Shown in pieces: positions 1 to 9,411 of a stretch of 39,139 nt of DNA. The first letter of the stretch is position 1; each line of letters begins with the position of its first letter. The stretch is taken from positions 1 to 39,139 of the forward strand of contig JACQPW010000003.1 of NCBI GenBank assembly GCA_016207285.1, given 5' to 3'. The position numbers and the translations under genes were made by a program. The stretch comes from Candidatus Kerfeldbacteria bacterium (GTDB lineage: Bacteria > Patescibacteriota > Patescibacteriia > UBA9570). The notes beneath the pieces are model-generated. The model searched no databases, was not told the origin of the DNA, and saw nothing but the letters and a program-made list of their open reading frames with translations.

Positions 1-28
1 CACGGCATATCTGGTTCCGCAGTGGGGA

Positions 29-1510
29 TCAAGGGGAGGTATGAGTAGCAGTGCTCTTTGGTCTGAGTATCTCCCAATCCGTTTTATTGAAAAAGCGCAA
101 GGCTACCAGCACCAAACAATAAATCGTTCCGCCGGCGAGCACACTAACCGGTAAGGGGATATGCGGTTTAAGAAAGATGATACCACCATACATTACGGCA
201 CCAGCCACAGCCGCAGGCAATAACTTCCATAAGGTGAGCCAGTAGCTATCTTGGGTAAAGCGTTTGGCTAAGATGTACATCACGGTTTGAATCAGGATCT
301 CGGTACTTAAGGTGGCCATCGCGCCGCCTAAGAAGCCGAACTGCGGGATGAGGATGATATCTAGGATAATGTTCACTACTACGCTGCCGGCCTCTAGCTT
401 GGTGCGCAGGGGTTGCTGGTCAATGGTGGCAAAGACCTGGCTGGAAGTCGTGCCAAGCAAGCGGACAGCAAAAAAGAGACCGAATAGTTCTAAGGCGGGC
501 GTGGCTGACCACAAAGATTCCTTATAGACTAGTTGCATCACTTGATCTGCCAGAGCGGTGAGGCCAACGCCAAGGGCAATCCCAACCGCACCCAGGTAGC
601 GCATCGAGAACAACACTACGCGGCGGTATTTAGTGAGATCGGTTTTATAGTATTCATACAGGTACGGCGTAATGACTTGCAAACCAATGCGGGGAAAGAT
701 CAATAGAAAAACAATAATCCGACTAGCGGCTCCATAGCGGCCAATATCACCCGCTGGTATATCTGCCCAACCGGTTAACTGATAAAAACGGAGGATCAGC
801 TTATCAATTTCAAAATAAATCGTTGTCACCACCGCTTGCATACTAAACCAGATTCCTTCCCCTAACATCGGTTTCAGCAAAGTTTGATCAAACTGGGGCG
901 GCACTAATTTAAAAGAATGCAAGGCATACCAACCCACAAAGATCAGTGTTGTCACTGCATACAGTACGGCAATGGATAGGGCACCTGTGGTCAGATCCGT
1001 CAGGTAATGGGTGATCAGCCACACCCCCACTAATTTAGAAATACCATCCAGCACTTCGACAAAGGAGATCCATTCATTGTGGTGAATAGCGCGATAAGCG
1101 GACCGAATGACGACTCGGTATTGAATCAAGGCTTGACCAATCCCCAGGATCAGTAGCAACCAAAACATCCGGGTGACACCGTTGATCAGCACATAACCAC
1201 CTAAGATACTGGCTTGCAGTAACAGCCAGGTAGTGGATTCAATCACCAAACCAGTGCCGTAGAAACGCTGCAAGGCGACTTTACCTTGCTGCGCCCCATG
1301 ACGCATAATCACCATGCTCATCCCCACCTCGCTCATGATCATGATAATACTGACAGCTGATAACGCCACATCAAAGGCATCAATCAAGCTGGGATCGCCG
1401 ATCAGGTAATTGGATACCTGAATGACGGATAAGCCAACACACACTCGGTAGATGAGGCGCGAGGTCATTAAGCGACCAATCACTCGGACTACTTGGCGGG
1501 CAGTAGACAT
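29..1510 (-). CDS. Polysaccharide/oligosaccharide flippase (Wzx/MOP superfamily)
   Basis: 493 aa with about 12-14 hydrophobic segments; 'GRYGAASRI' and 'NIILDIILIPQFGFLGGAMAT' resemble Polysacc_synt/Polysacc_synt_C motifs; lies in a glycan locus. Confidence 0.85.
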   Translation of the reverse strand: MSTARQVVRVIGRLMTSRLIYRVCVGLSVIQVSNYLIGDPSLIDAFDVALSAVSIIMIMSEVGMSMVIMRHGAQQGKVALQRFYGTGLVIESTTWLLLQASILGGYVLINGVTRMFWLLLILGIGQALIQYRVVIRSAYRAIHHNEWISFVEVLDGISKLVGVWLITHYLTDLTTGALSIAVLYAVTTLIFVGWYALHSFKLVPPQFDQTLLKPMLGEGIWFSMQAVVTTIYFEIDKLILRFYQLTGWADIPAGDIGRYGAASRIIVFLLIFPRIGLQVITPYLYEYYKTDLTKYRRVVLFSMRYLGAVGIALGVGLTALADQVMQLVYKESLWSATPALELFGLFFAVRLLGTTSSQVFATIDQQPLRTKLEAGSVVVNIILDIILIPQFGFLGGAMATLSTEILIQTVMYILAKRFTQDSYWLTLWKLLPAAVAGAVMYGGIIFLKPHIPLPVSVLAGGTIYCLVLVALRFFNKTDWEILRPKSTATHTSP

Positions 1511-1512
1511 AT

Positions 1513-3087
1513 TTACAAATCAATATCAGCTACTAGCTGCTTAAGGGCATACTGTTCCGTGGCCTGTTCCCGCTGACTGGGTTGGTGTAACGGACTAGTG
1601 GGTTTAAAGATATCCATCGGTTGGCCGCGATGCTGTTGTTGTACTGGTAAGCTCATGGCCTGCATAATGGTTGGTGCCATCTGCATAATCGAGCTAGTGG
1701 GCATGGTACGATGATCGATCGCCTGACCATAGGCCAAAAACATCCCGCGTTTATCGTGATAATTTTTTGTCGTCTTTTCATATAACGCTGCCGAATGCAG
1801 TGAACCGGATAGGTAATATTTGTCTGAACTGATAAACAGATCTGGAGAGTTGGGCAGCAGGGGAGCATCACCATACACTGTTTCGGCGGTCAGTACTTCT
1901 TCCACCAGTGGTTGAAGTTTAGATACTAACTCATCACGCAACCCTGTCCGTTGCTCGGCTGGTACAATCCCGTTTTTAAACCGACCACGATCATTAATGT
2001 AGAGCATACTGGCCATCGAGCCACGGGGGAAACCAATTTTGGTTTTGGCTAAGTCCAAAGTCAAATCGATGGTGACATTCACGGGCACAAACCGTTTGAA
2101 GATATGATGATAAAACCATTTGGCGGCGCGCTCCAACCACACCGAGGATTTTAGAACGTTGCGCAAACCTTTCCCGACCTTTATTTGTGTACGCTTACCC
2201 TGCATCGTTTCAATTTCGCGCGATAATTTAGTATGGCTGGCTTGGAACGAACCAGTACCACTCGTCGTCGCTAAATAACCTTGCTCTTCTAACCAACGGT
2301 TGAGATAGAAAATTTCATCATACACTTTAAAGCCATGATCGGACATCACTAATAAGGTAGTGTCCGCATCCATCTGTTGCATGATCCAGCCAATAAAATC
2401 ATCCATGATATCCCACATCTTCCAGGCTGGCTGATAATGCTCTCGTAGGGCTTTGTCGTAGACCACATGTGATACCCAATCGGTACCCGAGGACAAGAAA
2501 AAGAAAAAATCCCACGGTTCATTACTGAATAGCTCTTTAGCACCCGCAATGCGCTCTTGTTCTAATCTACATAAATCCTCCACGTACGGTGTAAAGTTAT
2601 TTGTAGAACGCAGCTTTGCATTGGGTGATAAGCGATAGTTTTGTAGCGCTGGATATTTGGCTTTTAATGACTCTGGGTAAATATATTTATCGCCACGGGT
2701 CATTAAACTGGTAATGGTGATCTCTGATTTTAATTTTGGTGGAAAGGTATTGGGTAAATTAATCAGGATCGGTTTGCGGCCATGCCGGACCATGGTTTCG
2801 TAAATCGTTTCACTGGTAATTTTAGTACTATCAATAATATCGACATCCGTTAGGTCATTGTTGACCACTAAAAAATCTAGGCAGCCATGTTGCGTTGGGT
2901 AAAGGCCAGTGGCAAAGCTCGTCCAAGCAGGAGCACTGTGAGCCGGATGCGTCGATTCCAGTGTGCTGGACATTCCTTTCGTTTGCATGGTCTTGAGATT
3001 CGGTAAGCGACCTTCCGCCATCATCAGATTGACTAAATCCCAACTGGAGCCGTCTAAACCAATCACAACTACTTTAGGCTTGTTCAT
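1513..3087 (-). CDS. Alkaline phosphatase superfamily protein (type I phosphodiesterase/NPP-like, COG3379-like), Ser-nucleophile paralog
   Basis: Motifs IGLDG, STHPAHSAPAWTSFATG..P..HG, TDWVSH, SDHG and C-terminal NYHD; no signal peptide; ATGA overlap with upstream paralog. Confidence 0.85.
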   Translation of the reverse strand: MNKPKVVVIGLDGSSWDLVNLMMAEGRLPNLKTMQTKGMSSTLESTHPAHSAPAWTSFATGLYPTQHGCLDFLVVNNDLTDVDIIDSTKITSETIYETMVRHGRKPILINLPNTFPPKLKSEITITSLMTRGDKYIYPESLKAKYPALQNYRLSPNAKLRSTNNFTPYVEDLCRLEQERIAGAKELFSNEPWDFFFFLSSGTDWVSHVVYDKALREHYQPAWKMWDIMDDFIGWIMQQMDADTTLLVMSDHGFKVYDEIFYLNRWLEEQGYLATTSGTGSFQASHTKLSREIETMQGKRTQIKVGKGLRNVLKSSVWLERAAKWFYHHIFKRFVPVNVTIDLTLDLAKTKIGFPRGSMASMLYINDRGRFKNGIVPAEQRTGLRDELVSKLQPLVEEVLTAETVYGDAPLLPNSPDLFISSDKYYLSGSLHSAALYEKTTKNYHDKRGMFLAYGQAIDHRTMPTSSIMQMAPTIMQAMSLPVQQQHRGQPMDIFKPTSPLHQPSQREQATEQYALKQLVADIDL

Positions 3088-4664
3088 AGGGCAATATCAT
3101 CTAGTAGGGTAGTTAGCTGGGTTTTTTCTGACAGTAGTGCTGGCTTAAAATCCGGTGAAAAAATTGTGAGTGGCTTACCATCGCTATAGGCTGGTACGGG
3201 CAAACCGTATTGATACAACAGGGTGGGTGTGAGGTCAGCAATAGACGCGTTCGTCACTTCTCCGTGGCGAATATTCGGACCCGCCGCAATAAAGATACCG
3301 AACTCATCATGTTTGTTGGAGATATGATCCTCAAAAATGCTCTGTGAATGCAAGTGACCCACAATCCAGACATCCTTGGTGGCACAATGTAAATCTGGTG
3401 AAGGGAGCGGGGGATTATTACCGTACAGTTCTTCCTTGGTATAGACATGCTCGGTGACGCGCTTGCCGGACGGTGTCCGTAATGCTTCTAGTTTCGTTTT
3501 GACATCACTGCGAATGCGATCGTAGTCGGCTTTATCTGTAATCAGCCCTTCGGAAAAATTACCAGCATAATTCAGATACAAGGTTTGCAACATGGCACCA
3601 CGTGGAAAACAGACTTGGGTTTTGTCTAAATCAATCCCAATGTTAATGTCAAAGTGGATCGGTACAAACGGTTTAATCACATGGTTGTACAGCCACTTAG
3701 CGGCGCGTTCAATGGCCGGGTGGAAAAACAAGGCTTTCAACTGGCGTTTGTTTAAACGAATGCGTAAGCGTTTTTTCGAACGGGCGGCTTCCAAACTGCG
3801 CCGTCGGGCGGTAGCATTTTCCTCAAATTTACCGGCTCCGGTGGTAGTAGTTAAATATCCCTCTTGCTCCAGCCAACGGTTGATATAAAACAACTCGGTG
3901 TAATAAGTAAAGCCATGATCCGACAAAATATAGATCGTCGTGTCAGCGGGCAGGTGCTCTTCTACCCAGCCAAAAAATGCATCGACCAAATCAAACACCT
4001 GCATCGCAGTTGGCTCCTTACCCTGTACCATGTCCGCAAAGGCCAGATGAGATACCCAATCGGTAGAGGAGAACAGGAAAAAGAATAGATCCCAATCTTC
4101 GCCAAGTAATAGTTCTTTTACAGCTGTGACACGATCACGTTCAATATCCACAATATGTTGAATATATTCCGGCAACGATTTAGTGAGCTTGAGTGATTCA
4201 TCTGGGCTCAATTTGTAGTTGCGGAGGCTGGGATACTTGGTCAGCAGGGAAGCCGGAAAAATATAGTCATCACCGTACGTCATGAAGTCGGTAATGATGG
4301 TTTGATCCGGTAGCCGCGGCGGATAGGAATTGGGCAGGTTGACTAGGATCGTTTTTTTACCGGCTTGGTGCAATAGTTCGTAAAAGGTCGGTACTTTGAT
4401 TTCAGCACTGGTGGCTGGACGAAAATCACGGATGCTTTTACCGGGGAGGAAAAAATCATAACAACCATGTTTACCGGGATGTACACCGGTGGCAAAGGTG
4501 GTCCAGGCGGGCACGGTGACGGGCGGCTTGGTCGATAGTAACGTGCCACGCACACCGCGGTCAATCAAGCGTTGTAAGTTGGGCAATTTACCCTCCACTA
4601 ACAACGGATCCAAAATCCGGAAGGTCGTTCCGTCTAAACCAATCACTAATGTGCGTGGATCCAT
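3084..4664 (-). CDS. Alkaline phosphatase superfamily protein (phosphodiesterase/NPP-like), paralog 2
   Basis: Motifs IGLDG, STKPPVTVPAWTTFATG, TDWVSH, SDHG, NKHD; start moved to ATG 4664, 2 nt after the upstream TGA, which aligns with the paralogs. Confidence 0.85.
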   Translation of the reverse strand: MDPRTLVIGLDGTTFRILDPLLVEGKLPNLQRLIDRGVRGTLLSTKPPVTVPAWTTFATGVHPGKHGCYDFFLPGKSIRDFRPATSAEIKVPTFYELLHQAGKKTILVNLPNSYPPRLPDQTIITDFMTYGDDYIFPASLLTKYPSLRNYKLSPDESLKLTKSLPEYIQHIVDIERDRVTAVKELLLGEDWDLFFFLFSSTDWVSHLAFADMVQGKEPTAMQVFDLVDAFFGWVEEHLPADTTIYILSDHGFTYYTELFYINRWLEQEGYLTTTTGAGKFEENATARRRSLEAARSKKRLRIRLNKRQLKALFFHPAIERAAKWLYNHVIKPFVPIHFDINIGIDLDKTQVCFPRGAMLQTLYLNYAGNFSEGLITDKADYDRIRSDVKTKLEALRTPSGKRVTEHVYTKEELYGNNPPLPSPDLHCATKDVWIVGHLHSQSIFEDHISNKHDEFGIFIAAGPNIRHGEVTNASIADLTPTLLYQYGLPVPAYSDGKPLTIFSPDFKPALLSEKTQLTTLLDDIAL

Positions 4665-4666
4665 AA

Positions 4667-6247
4667 TCAAATATTGACTGAGCTTAATAAGCTATCCAAC
4701 TGCTGGTGTTCGGTGGCAGAACGCACTGGGCGAGCGGTTTTAAAGATGGGCAGGACAGTACCATCTAGATTGGGTGGTAGGGCTTGGTCTAAATCGTGTA
4801 GTAAGGTAGGCATAATACTGGCAATTGGCTGCTCTGGTAGCTCTTGTCCAGCAATGTTTTTACCCCAGGCAGCAAACATCCCGACTGGGCCGTGTTTACT
4901 GGAAACCTCGTCCACAAATAATTCACTCGAATGAAATTGACCCACAAACCAGTAATCGCCAAACTCATAAAATAGATCTGGGCAACGTTCCGGTGTGGCC
5001 GTGCCATAAATTTCTTCTTTCGTATACACTTTGGGAGTTACTGCTTGGCCGTCTGGACCACGTAAATTTTCTAACTTAGTTTTGACCTCATCACGTAAGG
5101 CGATATATTCCGCATCTGTCATCGGCTTACCTTGTTTGTATTTGCGGCCATCATTGATGTAAATCGCTGTCATGGTGCGCCCCTTAGGAAAACAAACGGT
5201 GGTGTTCTCAAAATCGATCGTCACATCCAAATTAAATTTGATCGGCAGCCAGGGCTTAGCTACCCGATGGTAAAACCAGCGGGCAAAGCGCTCCACCGGT
5301 TTCACTACGGCTAATAATTTCAACATCTTCCCACTCACACTGACATTGAACCGTTTGCTATTTTGCAGCTGGCTCTTCTGCTCATCTTGCTTGCTGATAT
5401 TTTGATGAAACTGTGCCGCCGGTGCTGACTTGGTGGTAAGGTAGCCTTGTTGTTCTAACCACTTGTTGAAATAGAACGTATGTCGGTAGACTTTAAACCC
5501 ATGATCCGACAACAGGTAGAGATGGGTATCGGCGGGCAGGTGATCCATAAACCAACCTAGTTGCGTATCAATGTAACGGAACAAGTCATAGGCCTTTGGA
5601 AATGAACCATCTAGCAACTGGCTATACATCGCATGTGAGATCCAATCGGTAGATGAAAACAAATAGTAAAATAGATCCCATGGTTCTTGTTGCCATAAGT
5701 CTTTAACGCCAGCCATATGGCCCTGTTCCACCGCAATAATATCATTCACGTACTCGGTGAGCTTACCTTTCACCTGCAGCTCCTCATCGGGAGCCAAGCG
5801 GTATTGTCGTAAGCTCGGGTACGTATCGAGTAATGATTGTGGAAAGACACACTGGTCACCAATGGTGAGCATGTCCGTGATGGTTGGTGTGGGTAGTTTC
5901 GGTGGGAATGAATTCGGCAAGTTCACCAGCACAGAACGTTTACCAGCCTGATGCAGTAGTTCGTAGATGGTGGGTACTTGAATATGGGTACTGTTGCATA
6001 AATCGAACTGTTCCAGATCAGCGGTCGGCAGCAAAAAGTCGTAACAGCCATGTTTACCGGGGTTCACACCGGTGGCAAAGGTAGTCCAGGCTGGGGCTGT
6101 ATAGGGTGGCATGGTAGAACGCAAAGGAGCACGCACGCCTTCACGACAGATACGCTGTAAATTTGGCATATCACCTCGGTCCATCAGTTGGTCTAATAAC
6201 TCGAAGGTGGCACCATCTAAACCGATCACTGCGATTCGTCTTGCCAT
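4667..6247 (-). CDS. Alkaline phosphatase superfamily protein (phosphodiesterase/NPP-like), paralog 1
   Basis: Motifs IGLDG, STMPPYTAPAWTTFATG, TDWISH, SDHG, SKHG. Confidence 0.85.
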   Translation of the reverse strand: MARRIAVIGLDGATFELLDQLMDRGDMPNLQRICREGVRAPLRSTMPPYTAPAWTTFATGVNPGKHGCYDFLLPTADLEQFDLCNSTHIQVPTIYELLHQAGKRSVLVNLPNSFPPKLPTPTITDMLTIGDQCVFPQSLLDTYPSLRQYRLAPDEELQVKGKLTEYVNDIIAVEQGHMAGVKDLWQQEPWDLFYYLFSSTDWISHAMYSQLLDGSFPKAYDLFRYIDTQLGWFMDHLPADTHLYLLSDHGFKVYRHTFYFNKWLEQQGYLTTKSAPAAQFHQNISKQDEQKSQLQNSKRFNVSVSGKMLKLLAVVKPVERFARWFYHRVAKPWLPIKFNLDVTIDFENTTVCFPKGRTMTAIYINDGRKYKQGKPMTDAEYIALRDEVKTKLENLRGPDGQAVTPKVYTKEEIYGTATPERCPDLFYEFGDYWFVGQFHSSELFVDEVSSKHGPVGMFAAWGKNIAGQELPEQPIASIMPTLLHDLDQALPPNLDGTVLPIFKTARPVRSATEHQQLDSLLSSVNI

Positions 6248-6269
6248 AGTTGAACCGCTCGATTATACT
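6241..6269 (+). promoter_or_regulatory. sigma70-like promoter for the GT-C gene
   Basis: TTGCCA-N17-TATACT; -10 box ends 9 nt before ATG 6279. Confidence 0.65.
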
Positions 6270-6290
6270 TGAAATCTGATGAAAAGTCTA
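6262..6290 (-). promoter_or_regulatory. sigma70-like promoter for the AlkP x3-flippase operon
   Basis: TAGACT-N17-TATAAT on the minus strand, 14 nt before ATG 6247; overlaps the opposite-strand -10 box. Confidence 0.6.
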
Positions 6291-7769
6291 GTAGTGAAGA
6301 TTAGTCTGATCGTAGCCATTACCCTACTCGCTGCTTGGTTGCGCTTACCGCATTTAGGCGCGGTCAATTTGTATAATGATGAGTACTATCAATTTGAAAC
6401 CGCCGTTGGCCAACTCAAACTAGGGGAGTGGGTACGGTATGATTACTATACCGAAGCAGCTGGTAAACCGTACGATCGAGCCAAACTATTCATCTACCAA
6501 GTGGTGGGTAGTCTAGCTGTATTTGGAGAAACAGAATCTGCCGCCAGATTACCCGCTGCCGTATGGGGCATTGTGTTGGTACCTTTGGTGATCCTTGGCT
6601 TATTACACACCCTTAAGCATCCGGCCCTGGCCTATCTCACTGGTGTTGTGTTAGCGTTTGATGATTTTAGTATCGGCTTGTCGCGCTATGTGCGCATGTA
6701 CAGTATGCTGATGGTCCTGAGCGTTGCTTTGGTCTGGTGTGTCTATCAGTGTCTGGAAACGCACCAGCGGTGGAAGCGGCTGGGCTACGGCTTAGCCAGT
6801 AGTCTGCTGTTAGTGCTATCGTTCATCATTTTTAAAGAACTGACTCTAGCGCTCGTAGCTGCCATCGGTGTCTATACCACTATCCGAGTAGTCACTTTTG
6901 CCATCACCCGGCAGCCAGCGGATCGGGCATGGACCTGGTTTTGGATTGCTGGCGGAATCATTGCCGTTGTGGCTGTCGCACTAACCGTGGCGGGCATGAA
7001 TGTCATTCCATTGGATGCGGTCATTGTACGCACGCAGCCGCACTGGTCTTATCTCTTGGATTTATTTGTCAATTGGCGCTTACCGATTTTTGCCGCTGGG
7101 TTCTGTATCATTGGCAGCGTACTTGCCCTTAAACAACTGCGTGGGTTCTTGGGGTATAGTGCGGTGCTTAGTTTAACCGTGTTGTCATACTTTACTTTTT
7201 TTAGCCATCGCTGGGATGCACAACGCTACATTAGTATCGTGACACCACTCATCACCCTACTCACTGTGGTGGGAATGTATGCTACTCTGCGGTTTTTGTT
7301 TGCATTATTACCGCAACCAAACTGGCTACGGTTTAGTTTAGTTTTGTTGCTGGCTGGTTTTATCGGACCCTGGGTATCGCTCACCGGTGTGCCCGGAACA
7401 GACTGGTTGAACCGTACGGCCTATGCTGACCAATCCGCTACCGAACTGGGGTATGCGGATATGCGTACTGCCTATGCGTACGTCGCAAACCACGTTCAAC
7501 CTGGTGAGGTGGTGTTGATGCAGGGCCCACGGTATTACTATTGGCCAGATCGTACGGTGCCGATCATGACGTTAGGTGGGTATAAGAGCCTAACATTAGA
7601 TGAATTTAAAGCTTTGGCGGCGCGTGGTACTGGTGGTAGCTGGGTCGTCTACAACACTACCCATCAGCGGCATTTACGTGACAGCATCAAGCTTTATCTG
7701 GACAAGCACTACGACTACGTTGGCACGCTAGCTGACACTGGGGTGGTGGTCTATCACTTCACAAAATAG
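6279..7769 (+). CDS. GT-C fold integral membrane glycosyltransferase (ArnT/PMT, GT39/GT83-like)
   Basis: N-terminal TM followed by 'LYNDEYY' acidic motif, 'FGETESAARLPAAVWG', 'SRYVRMYS', many TMs and a soluble C-terminal domain. Confidence 0.8.
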   Translation: MKSLVVKISLIVAITLLAAWLRLPHLGAVNLYNDEYYQFETAVGQLKLGEWVRYDYYTEAAGKPYDRAKLFIYQVVGSLAVFGETESAARLPAAVWGIVLVPLVILGLLHTLKHPALAYLTGVVLAFDDFSIGLSRYVRMYSMLMVLSVALVWCVYQCLETHQRWKRLGYGLASSLLLVLSFIIFKELTLALVAAIGVYTTIRVVTFAITRQPADRAWTWFWIAGGIIAVVAVALTVAGMNVIPLDAVIVRTQPHWSYLLDLFVNWRLPIFAAGFCIIGSVLALKQLRGFLGYSAVLSLTVLSYFTFFSHRWDAQRYISIVTPLITLLTVVGMYATLRFLFALLPQPNWLRFSLVLLLAGFIGPWVSLTGVPGTDWLNRTAYADQSATELGYADMRTAYAYVANHVQPGEVVLMQGPRYYYWPDRTVPIMTLGGYKSLTLDEFKALAARGTGGSWVVYNTTHQRHLRDSIKLYLDKHYDYVGTLADTGVVVYHFTK

Positions 7770-8518
7770 TGCCACAAGGCGCGTAGATAGATTTGCATGT
7801 TTCGTAGCTTAGGTAATTTACGTACACTCGTACCTTTGAGATGAGTGATGGACTGACTACACAGGCAGCGGATCTTTAGACCGCGGTCATGTAAGCGTCG
7901 GCACAGATCAACATCGTTGTAATACAATGGAAAACGCTTGGCATCAAATAAATAACCCAGCTGTTCAATGGCACTGCGGCGCAGTAGGATGCACGATCCG
8001 GCTGCTTGCTCAATATCGAAATCGGTCTTGAAATCTTTGTCTAGATAGAGGTAGCGTTGTACGCTAGCTGGACGGAACCAGCGGAATCGTTTGTGCAGCA
8101 GTGCGAGTGGGATCATATACCAGTGGGGTAAGCGGCGATGCATGTAGTATTGGGTTGATCCATCTGGATTCAGTAACTTTACTGTAGCAGCAGCATAGTC
8201 TGTGTGCTGTTGCAGCCAGTTCACCATAGCGCTCGCAGCGCCAGCATTCACGATCGTATCTTGGTTCAACAGCCAGATCAGATCACCCTTAGCTAGGGCG
8301 TAGGCTTGATTATTACCGCCGGCGTAACCCAGGTTAGTACTATTCTTAATCAGTCGAATACCCGAAACTTTTTCTAGAGCCGCAGCACTACCATCCGCTG
8401 ACGCATTTTCAATCACGATAATTTCATGTTCAATCTGTGCCAGGGCTGACTGCAGTGATCGCACACAGGCCAACACTTCGTCCTGAGCGTTCCATGATAA
8501 GACGATGACACTTACCAT
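7754..8518 (-). CDS. Glycosyltransferase family 2 (WbbL/rhamnosyltransferase-like)
   Basis: VSVIVLSWN, ENASADGS, NLGYAGGNN, LLNQDT, YYNDVDLCRR. Confidence 0.85.
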   Translation of the reverse strand: MVSVIVLSWNAQDEVLACVRSLQSALAQIEHEIIVIENASADGSAAALEKVSGIRLIKNSTNLGYAGGNNQAYALAKGDLIWLLNQDTIVNAGAASAMVNWLQQHTDYAAATVKLLNPDGSTQYYMHRRLPHWYMIPLALLHKRFRWFRPASVQRYLYLDKDFKTDFDIEQAAGSCILLRRSAIEQLGYLFDAKRFPLYYNDVDLCRRLHDRGLKIRCLCSQSITHLKGTSVRKLPKLRNMQIYLRALWHYFVK

Positions 8519-9411
8519 GCGCTTTTCCCTAGTACAAAACTTAATTGGCCTAAGCGCATCGCTAAGACATTAACCGCTTTAAAATAGGTGTAGCCCAGGC
8601 GCAATGGTAGTAGGCGTACAATCCAGTCGGCTAGATAGCGTTGTGGCCAGAGGAACAAATAATAGCTGTAATAGCGCCACTGATTCTGAGTAGTCGCTTG
8701 GTAACGTAATAAATGTGGAAAGTAAGTTTCGATATAGGCGCGATCATATTTTTGGACAATCTGCATGTTACCAAAGTTTTGGCGTACCCGTTTAACCAAT
8801 AATGTACGCAGCTGCTTGGCATTATGGTGTGTCACCAGCATTTGTGGATCATAGACAATCCGTAAGCCGGCAGCATGCGCCCGGGCACCAAATTCCATAT
8901 CACCACCATACTGGAGATCACGCATAAATTGGCCAATGCGGGTGCAGACACTACGGCGAATGGCCAGATTACGCGTATCCACTCGGCGGAGAGCTGGTTG
9001 ATTAGTGAAGGCCGCAATATTAGCTTCATACATCAGTTGTTCGAGAGCAGCCACGCGCGTGCTCGGCGCTCCGGCGGAATAGCCCATCACTCCAGCAATG
9101 CTGTCATCTGCGAGAGTTTGATCAATGCGTTGCAACCAATCGGGTGCCACTGCACAGTCAGAATCGGTAAACACTAAGACATCGCCTGTGGCTAGACCAA
9201 TGCCGGTATTGCGCGCTTGATAGGAACCGGTAATAGACTCGGTGGCGTAGATAAAATGATGTTGTGCAACGAGTGGTTGAATCCAGTCCGTCTGGCTGTT
9301 TTCTACCACAATCACCTCATGTGCAATCTCGCCTTGCAGCTGACGTAAACTATCCAGGCAGGCTGGCAAGTTGAGATCGTTGTAAACCGGTATGATAATC
9401 GAATACTTCAT
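8512..9411 (-). CDS. Glycosyltransferase family 2
   Basis: YSIIIPVYN, ARNTG, FTDSDC (DxD), GGDMEF; ATG 9411 forms an ATGA overlap with the upstream stop. Confidence 0.85.
   Translation of the reverse strand: MKYSIIIPVYNDLNLPACLDSLRQLQGEIAHEVIVVENSQTDWIQPLVAQHHFIYATESITGSYQARNTGIGLATGDVLVFTDSDCAVAPDWLQRIDQTLADDSIAGVMGYSAGAPSTRVAALEQLMYEANIAAFTNQPALRRVDTRNLAIRRSVCTRIGQFMRDLQYGGDMEFGARAHAAGLRIVYDPQMLVTHHNAKQLRTLLVKRVRQNFGNMQIVQKYDRAYIETYFPHLLRYQATTQNQWRYYSYYLFLWPQRYLADWIVRLLPLRLGYTYFKAVNVLAMRLGQLSFVLGKSAW

Noticed and set aside
1..28. Possible start of a further minus-strand gene (ATG at 8-6)
   Set aside because: Only two codons are visible, so it cannot be supported within the window
1513..6247. 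Triplicated genes as an assembly artefact, or as sulfatases
   Set aside because: The copies are substantially diverged at protein and DNA level, so they are not a collapsed or duplicated repeat; they lack the C/S-x-P-x-R formylglycine motif
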